DNA of 64,000 nt, taken from NCBI GenBank assembly GCA_007695115.1, contig REEK01000116.1:23944-87943 (forward strand). Reading direction: 5' to 3'. The translations under genes were made by a program, and so were the position numbers. Shown here one piece after another: positions 57,560-64,000 of this stretch (positions are counted from its first letter, which is position 1; each line of letters opens with the position of its first letter). This stretch comes from Sphaerobacteraceae bacterium (lineage in GTDB: Bacteria > Chloroflexota > Chloroflexia > Thermomicrobiales > Thermomicrobiaceae). Below the pieces are notes generated by a model. That model searched no databases. It saw only the letters and a list, made by a program, of their open reading frames with translations, and was not told the origin of the DNA.

Positions 57560-57722
57560 GTATGGGAGCCAGATGCACGTCGATCAGTGTTTGTGCCGGC
57601 AGTCGCCCACCGGTTTTGCTCTGATCGTTTCGGCCGTGCCAGCCGGGAGACCATCCGCCGAACGGTTCGATCGGCCTCCACCTCGTCGACTCATCTCCTC
57701 CGTGTGATGAGTTCCGGCGCTA
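57560..57722 (-). promoter_or_regulatory. glmS ribozyme (GlcN6P-activated self-cleaving riboswitch) in the glmS 5' leader
   Basis: Minus strand reads A|GCGCCGGAACTCATC...GATGAGTCGACGAGGTGGAGGCCGATCGAACCGTTCGGCGGATGGTCTCCCGGCTG. This is almost block-for-block the conserved core of Bacillus glmS ribozymes as I recall them (AGCGCC...GACGAGG..GGAGGUUAUCGAA..UUCGGCGGAUGCCUCCCGGCUG). The 3' boundary is approximate. Confidence 0.88.
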
Positions 57723-57790
57723 CTTTGCGTGGACATCCATGCTTCTACTGATCGCTCTCCATCAGCCTCATCGATGGCCCTGTCGCTGCC

Positions 57791-57819
57791 ATCATAACGC
57801 TGCGTCCGCGCATAATCAA
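57791..57819 (-). promoter_or_regulatory. Candidate sigma-70 promoter for the glmS leader
   Basis: Minus strand reads TTGATT - 17 nt - TATGAT, about 65 nt upstream of the ribozyme cleavage site. Confidence 0.5.
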
Positions 57820-57917
57820 CCTCGTGATCTGATTCACGATTCTGGCGGCTGCCGCGATCGAAGGAAGGTCATGTATAATCTGGTTTGAAGAATCGGCGTA
57901 GGCCCGCGAAGGACAGT

Positions 57918-58301
57918 ATGAGCGCACCGATTCGGCTCCATGAGCGTCAACAGGGACCACCCAGGCGGCCGCGGTTTGCGATCTGCTCGCTGGGCTGTAA
58001 GTTGAATCTAGCGGAGCAGAATACCTATCGGCGCGACCTCCGGGCTACTGACCTCAAGAAAGTTCCATTTTCAAACGAAATCGATAACTGTACTGTTGCA
58101 CACCTGAGCGATCAAAGATCGCGTTGGCTGCTTCGTCGTGCCCGACGGCTTCCCGGCCACTCCAGCCCAGCAATCCTTCCCGAATTACCCTCGCTTCAGA
58201 CCAATCTGGTAGTCCCCGAACGATTGAATGAGCCGCTTCGGGATGGCGCGTGCGCCACGTTTGACCGGGACGGCCAAATGAGAGAGAAGGTCAGACTGTG
58301 A
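57918..58301 (+). pseudogene. Truncated, decayed N-terminal fragment of a MiaB/MtaB/RimO-type radical-SAM methylthiotransferase (UPF0004 domain only)
   Basis: 127-codon ORF (ATG 57918, GAAGGA 4 nt upstream, TATAAT at 57874-57879). RFAICSLGCKLNLAEQ...IDNCTVAHLSDQRSRWLLRRARR parallels MtaB VAFHTLGCKVNHYETE...INTCTVTNTGDKKSRQVIRRAIR (from memory). The third Cys block, the CxxxCxxC core and the TRAM domain are absent. The TGA stop overlaps the purB GTG. Confidence 0.45.
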
Positions 58302-59611
58302 TCGACCGGTACACGAGACCGGAGATGGGCGCCATCTGGAGCGAGCGTACAAAGATCGACCACTGGGTTCAGGTTGAGATTGCGGTCTGCGAAGCCTGGG
58401 CCGAGCGGGGCGTCATCCCGGAAGACGATATGCAGGCGATCCGCGGGGCCAGCTGCGATCTCGATCGGATGAAGGAGATCGAGAAAGAGACCGACCATGA
58501 CGTCATCGCCTTTCTTCGGGCGATGGGCGAGACAGTTGGAACAGCTTCCCGACACATCCATCTCGGTTTGACCAGTTCGGATGTCATCGATACCGCCCTC
58601 TCGCTGCAGACCATCGGTGCCATCGATCATCTCGTTTCGGAAGTCGATCTCCTGATTGATGCCATCGGCAAAGAAGCGATCCGACACCGCCACACTGTGA
58701 TGATCGGTCGGACACACGGCGTTCACGCTGAACCGATTACCTTCGGATTCAAGCTGGCGGTCTGGTACGACGAACTTCGACGTCACCGAATCCGTTTGCT
58801 CGAAGCCCGCGAGATGATGCGGGTAGGCAAGATTTCCGGTGCTGTCGGAACCCATGCCAACGTTCCGCCCGACGTAGAGGAAGACGTCTGCAAGCATCTC
58901 GGGCTGGAAGCAGCACCGGTGTCGACGCAGATTCTGCAGCGTGATCGTCACGCTCAGGTGATCACCGCCATTGCGCTGCTCGGGACATCGCTGGACAAAT
59001 TCGCGACCGAGGTCCGTCATCTTCAGCGCACCGAGGTCCGTGAGCTGGAAGAGCCGTTCGATGCCGGAAACATGGGCTCATCGGCTATGCCGCACAAGCG
59101 AAATCCGCACGAGACAGAGCGCATCAGTGGACTGTCCAGACTCCTGCGTGGCTACGTGACGCCGGCGATGGAGAACATCGTCCTCTGGCATGAGCGAGAC
59201 ATCAGCAACAGCTCGTCGGAGCGGATCATTTTTCCGGACGCTTTCATCCTGATCGACTACATGCTCGGCTTGATGACCGAAATTGTTTCTGACTGGGTGG
59301 TCTATCCGGATCGCATGCGGGCTAACCTCGATGCCACCTTCGGCGCGATTTTCTCGCAAAAGGTCATGCTCAGTCTTGTCGAGCATGGGCTCGATCGGCA
59401 GGTCGCTTACAAGATTGTCCAGCGGAACGCACAGAAAGCCTGGAACGAAGAGATTCATTTCTCGGAGTTGCTGAAACAGGACCCCGAGGCGACCGCTCAC
59501 CTGGATGATGCGGCGATCGACGCGATGTTCGATATGAACTACCACGTACAGCATCTCGATCGAACGTTCGAGCGACTCGGTCTCGTCGAAACTGCGAAGC
59601 AGAATTCGTAA
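58298..59611 (+). CDS. purB: Adenylosuccinate lyase
   Basis: 437 aa. GTG start (VIDRYTRPEMGAIWS) and fumarate-lyase signature GSSAMPHKRNP. Confidence 0.96.
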   Translation: MIDRYTRPEMGAIWSERTKIDHWVQVEIAVCEAWAERGVIPEDDMQAIRGASCDLDRMKEIEKETDHDVIAFLRAMGETVGTASRHIHLGLTSSDVIDTALSLQTIGAIDHLVSEVDLLIDAIGKEAIRHRHTVMIGRTHGVHAEPITFGFKLAVWYDELRRHRIRLLEAREMMRVGKISGAVGTHANVPPDVEEDVCKHLGLEAAPVSTQILQRDRHAQVITAIALLGTSLDKFATEVRHLQRTEVRELEEPFDAGNMGSSAMPHKRNPHETERISGLSRLLRGYVTPAMENIVLWHERDISNSSSERIIFPDAFILIDYMLGLMTEIVSDWVVYPDRMRANLDATFGAIFSQKVMLSLVEHGLDRQVAYKIVQRNAQKAWNEEIHFSELLKQDPEATAHLDDAAIDAMFDMNYHVQHLDRTFERLGLVETAKQNS

Positions 59612-59621
59612 CGGAGGTTTC

Positions 59622-60539
59622 GTGCAACATGCTGTAACTCAGCTGGAACTGCCCGGAGTGCCGCTTTTCTCGCGCGGCAAGGTTCGCGAGACCTTCGACC
59701 TCGGCGATCGACTGTTGATGGTGGCGACGGATCGGATCTCTGCCTACGACAGCGTGCTGCCGAACGGTGTTCCGGCGAAGGGGATCATCCTGACGCAGTT
59801 CGCGAAGTTCTGGTTCGAAGAGCTCAAAGATCTCGTGCCGAACCACCTGTTGACGACCGAACTGGACGATCTCCCAACACATATCGTGCGTTACCAGCAC
59901 CTGCTTCGTGGACGGTCGATGATCGTGCGAAAAGCGGATCGTATCGACATCGAGTGCGTGGCTCGCGGATACATCTCCGGCAGTGCCTGGGCAGAGTATC
60001 AGAGTAACGGAACCGTTTGTGGACAACGATTGCCCGATGGCCTGCAAGAGAGCGACCGGCTTCCGGAGCCGATCTTCACTCCGGCTACCAAGGCGCAGGA
60101 TGGTCATCATGACGAGAACATCAGTGTTGAACAGATGGTGGAGATCGTTGGGCAGGATCTGACCGATCAATTGCAGACGATCACGCTGGAGATCTACGCC
60201 CGTGCTGAGGAGTACGCCCGCGAGCGAGGAATTCTCATCGCTGACACCAAGTTCGAGTTCGGCATGATCGACGGTGAATTGACATTGATCGATGAGGCGC
60301 TGACGCCGGATAGCTCCCGCTTCTGGGATGCCGAACTCTACGAACCGGGGAAAACACAACCATCGTTCGACAAGCAGATCGTGCGGAACTGGCTGACCAG
60401 TGCAGGGTGGGATCGAGAGCCACCAGCTCCTCGCTTACCTGACGACGTGGCGCTGCGAACCGCACGCCGATACTACGAGGTCTTTGAACGCCTGACCGGG
60501 CGATCGCTCGAAATTGATCTGACGGATGAGGAGAGCTGA
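59622..60539 (+). CDS. purC: SAICAR synthetase
   Basis: 305 aa. GKVRETFD and LIADTKFEFG blocks. GGAGG RBS before GTG 59622. Confidence 0.95.
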   Translation: MQHAVTQLELPGVPLFSRGKVRETFDLGDRLLMVATDRISAYDSVLPNGVPAKGIILTQFAKFWFEELKDLVPNHLLTTELDDLPTHIVRYQHLLRGRSMIVRKADRIDIECVARGYISGSAWAEYQSNGTVCGQRLPDGLQESDRLPEPIFTPATKAQDGHHDENISVEQMVEIVGQDLTDQLQTITLEIYARAEEYARERGILIADTKFEFGMIDGELTLIDEALTPDSSRFWDAELYEPGKTQPSFDKQIVRNWLTSAGWDREPPAPRLPDDVALRTARRYYEVFERLTGRSLEIDLTDEES

Positions 60540-60542
60540 CAG

Positions 60543-60830
60543 GTGAGTGCTACCGACCAGAAGACGGACCAGATCTGGCTCGTAGAAGTCTTTGTCTCGC
60601 TGAAGCCAGCGGTAAACGATCCCCAGGGCCTGGCGATCGCCGATGGACTGCACATGCTCGGCTACGATGAAGTTCAGGATGTCCGTGCCGGAAAGTACAT
60701 GCAGCTGCATGTCGCCGGCGCTGACAAAGCCTCGGTTGAATCCCGGGTGTCGGAGATGTGCGAGAAGTTGCTGGCCAATACGGTCATCGAAAGCTATCGG
60801 TTCGATGTTCGCCAGGCCCAGAGCGAGTAG
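60543..60830 (+). CDS. purS: FGAM synthase subunit PurS
   Basis: 95 aa. V.V.LKPAVNDPQG...L..LGY pattern, positioned between purC and purQ. Confidence 0.9.
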   Translation: MSATDQKTDQIWLVEVFVSLKPAVNDPQGLAIADGLHMLGYDEVQDVRAGKYMQLHVAGADKASVESRVSEMCEKLLANTVIESYRFDVRQAQSE

Positions 60831-60847
60831 AGCAGGGAGACAGGTAT

Positions 60848-61561
60848 ATGAGTACCCGCTACGCGGTCATTACGTTTCCCGGAAGTAACGGTGAGCACGA
60901 CGCGCTGAAAGCAGTCGAGCTCGGACTACAGCAACCGGTGGAGCCAGTCTGGTACAAGGAGACATCGCTGGATCGATTCGATGCACTTCTTCTGCCGGGC
61001 GGGTTCTCATACGGTGATTATCTGCGCCCTGGAGCGATCGCCCAGTTCGCGCCGATCATGTCCGCGGTTGAGGAATTCGCCAGCGCTGGTGGGCCAGTGC
61101 TCGGCATCTGCAACGGTTTTCAGGTTCTGACCGAAGCCCGGCTCCTTCCGGGTGCGTTGCTACGCAATCAGGCACTGGAGTTCCGTTGTCGATGGCTTCA
61201 CGTTCGAACTGAGAACAACCAGACGGCGTGGACTAGCTCGCTGGATATGGGCGAGATTCTGTATCTCCCGATTGCCCACGGTGATGGTCGCTACTTTGCA
61301 GAGCCGGAACTCGTTCAGGAACTCGAGGATAACGACCAGATCGTCTTCCGCTATTGCTCGCCAACCGGAGAAACGGATGGCAGTGCCAACCCGAACGGTT
61401 CAGTAAACGAAATTGCCGGAATCTCAAACCGTGCAGGCAACGTTGTCGGATTGATGCCGCATCCTGAACGCGCCTACGACGCATTGATCGGTGGCGCTGA
61501 CGGCCTCCGGATTCTTTCGGCAGTTCTCGCTGCAGGGGCTTCGAAACTGGGAACGAGCTAG
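60848..61561 (+). CDS. purQ: FGAM synthase glutaminase subunit PurQ
   Basis: 237 aa from ATG 60848. AVITFPGSNGEHD, nucleophile block GICNGFQ, and MPHPER. The longer ORF start at 60758 overlaps purS and was rejected. Confidence 0.95.
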   Translation: MSTRYAVITFPGSNGEHDALKAVELGLQQPVEPVWYKETSLDRFDALLLPGGFSYGDYLRPGAIAQFAPIMSAVEEFASAGGPVLGICNGFQVLTEARLLPGALLRNQALEFRCRWLHVRTENNQTAWTSSLDMGEILYLPIAHGDGRYFAEPELVQELEDNDQIVFRYCSPTGETDGSANPNGSVNEIAGISNRAGNVVGLMPHPERAYDALIGGADGLRILSAVLAAGASKLGTS

Positions 61562-61614
61562 CTAATTCTGTTCGACCTGACGAGTGTATTCGCTACTGGT
61601 GATCGAGGAGACTG

Positions 61615-63861
61615 ATGCAGGTAACGCCTGAAGTGCTGGCCGAGGTCGCACTCACCCGCGATGAATATGACCTGATTGTCGAGAAGCTGGGACGTGAGCC
61701 GTCTCCTGTCGAACTCGGCATGTTCGGCGCAATGTGGAGTGAACACTGTGGGTACAAGAACTCCCGGCCGCTCCTGAAGCGATTTCCCACGACCGGTGAG
61801 CACGTTCTTCAGGGGCCTGGTGAGAACGCCGGCGCTGTCGATATCGGCGATGGCCTTGCTGCAGTGTTCAAGATCGAGTCGCACAATCACCCGAGTGCCG
61901 TTGAGCCGTATCAGGGAGCAGCCACCGGTGTCGGCGGGATCGTCCGAGACATCTTCACGATGGGTGCCCGCCCGACGGCTCTGCTGAACTCCCTGCGTTT
62001 TGGCCCGCTGACCGAGCCCCGCACGCAGTATCTCTTTTCCGGTGTCGTTGGTGGAATCGGAGGCTACGGTAACTGCCTGGGAATCCCCACAGTCTCTGGC
62101 GACATCTTTTTCCACAAGAGTTACGCAGGCAATCCGCTCGTCAACGCGATGTGCGTGGGGATCGCCCCGCAGGATCAGATCACAACCGCCGAAGCCTCCG
62201 GCGTTGGCAACCTGGTGGTTCTAGTTGGCGCCGATACCGGACGTGACGGGATTCAGGGAGCAACGTTCGCTTCGGTCGTCAATCCGGAAGAGTCTCACCG
62301 CGGCGTGATTCAGGTCGGCAACCCGTTTCTCGAGAAGCTGCTGATCGAAGCCTGTCTGGAGCTGCTGCAGACGCCTCATGTGGTGGCGATGCAGGATCTT
62401 GGCGCGGCCGGTCTGACATCGTCGGCCGTCGAGTGCGCCAGCCGTGGAACGGTCGGTATCGAAATCGATGTCGATCAGGTCTCTCGTCGAGAAACCGGCA
62501 TGACTCCCTACGAGGTGATGCTCTCCGAGAGCCAGGAGCGAATGCTGGTCGTTGTCCGACCGGAAGGGCTGGAAGCGGTCCAGCGCATCTTCGACTACTA
62601 CGATCTTCACTCGGATGTCATCGGCACGGTGACTGACGACGGTAATGTGCGGATCAAGTCTGGAGATGAAGTCGTCGCCGATGTTCCCGCTCGTATCTAT
62701 ACCGATGAGTGCCCGACCTACACTCGAGAGGGTATCGAGAAGCAGGCAGTCGTTACGTTGCGCGAGTTCGATCTGAACAGCGTCCCGGATCTCGAGCCGA
62801 CTCAGGCCGGAGATGCGCTCAAGCGATTGCTCGGTGCCCCGAACATTGGTAGCCGCAAGCCTGTGACGCAGACCTACGATCACACAATTCTCAGTAACAC
62901 CGTCGTTGCACCGATCAAGGCCGATGCAGCAGTCATCCGTGTAAAGGGAACCGACTCGGGACTGGCGGTAAAGACTGACTGCAACCCACGCTACTGCTAC
63001 CTCGAGCCGTTTGCAGGTGGAGCTCATGCGGTGGCCGAGGCTGCCCGGAACGTCTCATGTGTCGGTGCTCAGCCGTTGGCAATCACCAACTGCCTTAACT
63101 TCGGTAACCCGGAAGACCCGGGTGTCTACTACCAGATGCAGCAGGCTGTAGACGGAATGTCGGCGGCGTGCAATGCGCTCGGAATCCCCGTCATCTCAGG
63201 AAACGTCAGCCTGTACAACGAGTCCGGAGACACGGCGATCTTCCCGACCCCGACTGTGGGAATCGTCGGACGGCTCGAGGATGTCAATCGGTACGCCCAG
63301 ATGGGCTTCGAGGGTGGAGGAGCCGTCTACGTACTTGGCAACGCGGCCGGAACGCTGGGAGCGAGTGAGTACCTTGAGTTGCTGCACGGACGCACAGCAG
63401 GAGCGCCACCGGCAATCGATCTGGAGCAAGAGGTTCGCGTTCAGACGGTTGTCCGGAACCTGATCTCGTCAGGGATCATCAACGTCGCCCACGATACCTC
63501 GGAAGGTGGCCTCGGAGTTGCGCTGGCCGAGTCGTGCATTGTGAGTGGTGTCGGCTTGCAGGCCGATCTGGCGGATGTGCTCGCTGCATCGGGAGATCGC
63601 CTGGATCGGGCGCTCTTCGGTGAAGCGGCTTCCCGGATTTTCGTCGAAGTTTCGCCTGATAAAGAGGCCGAACTGACCGAGCAGCTCGAGGATGCGGGAG
63701 TGGCTTTCATCAGGGTAGGAGATACGGGGGGAGACCGGCTGACGATCAACGGGATGGTCGATGAGTTGGTAGCTGATCTCGAAGCTGCCTGGTCGGCAGC
63801 GCTGCTCTCGCACTCGATCGACCCTGATACTTCGAGCAGTGTACCGGGACGTTCATTTTAG
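61615..63861 (+). CDS. purL: FGAM synthase subunit PurL (small-PurL type)
   Basis: 748 aa. GENAGAVD and [18 protein letters not shown] blocks. GAGGAG RBS. Confidence 0.96.
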   Translation: MQVTPEVLAEVALTRDEYDLIVEKLGREPSPVELGMFGAMWSEHCGYKNSRPLLKRFPTTGEHVLQGPGENAGAVDIGDGLAAVFKIESHNHPSAVEPYQGAATGVGGIVRDIFTMGARPTALLNSLRFGPLTEPRTQYLFSGVVGGIGGYGNCLGIPTVSGDIFFHKSYAGNPLVNAMCVGIAPQDQITTAEASGVGNLVVLVGADTGRDGIQGATFASVVNPEESHRGVIQVGNPFLEKLLIEACLELLQTPHVVAMQDLGAAGLTSSAVECASRGTVGIEIDVDQVSRRETGMTPYEVMLSESQERMLVVVRPEGLEAVQRIFDYYDLHSDVIGTVTDDGNVRIKSGDEVVADVPARIYTDECPTYTREGIEKQAVVTLREFDLNSVPDLEPTQAGDALKRLLGAPNIGSRKPVTQTYDHTILSNTVVAPIKADAAVIRVKGTDSGLAVKTDCNPRYCYLEPFAGGAHAVAEAARNVSCVGAQPLAITNCLNFGNPEDPGVYYQMQQAVDGMSAACNALGIPVISGNVSLYNESGDTAIFPTPTVGIVGRLEDVNRYAQMGFEGGGAVYVLGNAAGTLGASEYLELLHGRTAGAPPAIDLEQEVRVQTVVRNLISSGIINVAHDTSEGGLGVALAESCIVSGVGLQADLADVLAASGDRLDRALFGEAASRIFVEVSPDKEAELTEQLEDAGVAFIRVGDTGGDRLTINGMVDELVADLEAAWSAALLSHSIDPDTSSSVPGRSF

Positions 63862-64000
63862 GTCGTAGGGAGAGTCTGGATCATGTTTGCGCGATTGCGT
63901 ATGTACGCAGCGAAATTCGCGCGACAGGTGCGCCGGAATAATGTTCCGAACATGTTACACTTGTCTTGATACATGCGGCGGACCAGAAGGGGGCCAACCC

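Noticed and set aside
57945-57975. CCGCCTGGG on the minus strand, resembling the 3' pseudoknot element of ZTP (pfl) riboswitches near purine genes
   Set aside because: The partner 5' sub-domain (GACUGGCG ... CCACCGGG) is absent. The orientation points toward the glmS leader rather than a pur or fol gene. A single 9-mer is expected by chance about 0.5 times in 128 kb of two-strand sequence. The segment also lies inside the methylthiotransferase remnant ORF.
58196-60359. 274-aa and 329-aa minus-strand ORFs (58196-59020, 59370-60359)
   Set aside because: They lie antisense to purB and purC, both of which carry diagnostic signatures. They are shadow ORFs. The same reasoning applies to 62221-63027 (antisense to purL), 47579-48274 and 48509-49351 (dnaE), 25159-25884 (kef) and 35544-36455 (pckA).
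63941-63953. ATGTTC-C-GAACAT as a LexA (Cheo-type) box
   Set aside because: The half-sites are in the wrong order and spacing for GAAC-N4-GTTC, and there is no SOS gene context. It is retained only as part of the low-interest palindrome note.

Overview
All calls come from reading the sequence and ORF translations; no searches were run, so family assignments rest on recalled motifs. The window is a moderately GC-rich (mid-to-high 50s % by eye) bacterial chromosomal segment made up almost entirely of housekeeping genes. The gene set looks Terrabacteria/Chloroflexota-like (low-confidence guess): MglA/MglB, PolX, a glmS ribozyme, a DarA-type c-di-AMP receptor and a DUF2342-type Zn-protease. Protein genes include lysS, greA, alaS, ruvX, ruvB, queA, pckA, dnaN, recF, dnaE, polX, glmS, tatD, rdgB, fhs, folD, hflX and seven purine genes (purH, purM; purB-C-S-Q-L). 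There is also a three-gene GT4 glycosyltransferase string, a CPA2/Kef antiporter, peptidases and a Tat-lipoprotein solute-binding protein. RNA features are tRNA-Val(CAC), tRNA-His(GTG), tRNA-Leu(CAG), tRNA-Gln(CTG), a type-A RNase P RNA lying between tRNA-Leu and tRNA-His, and a clear glmS ribozyme in the glmS leader. I saw no CRISPR array, transposase, integrase, prophage or recognisable defence system, and I cannot point to a wholly new multi-gene system. The observations most worth a second look are: (1) a decayed MiaB/MtaB-type methylthiotransferase stub fused onto the purB start; (2) an MglA-MglB GTPase switch plus an extra Roadblock gene interleaved with purM/purH next to hflX; (3) the tRNA-Leu / hairpin / rnpB / tRNA-His / terminator unit; (4) an M50 site-2-protease-like CBS membrane protein with no HExxH motif and a DGG-to-VGG change, next to darA; (5) a 643-aa membrane-anchored protein of unknown function between alaS and ruvX; (6) a divergent stand-alone Mur-ligase-like gene packed with a PHP protein and PolX; (7) long poly-acidic linkers in secreted lipoproteins.
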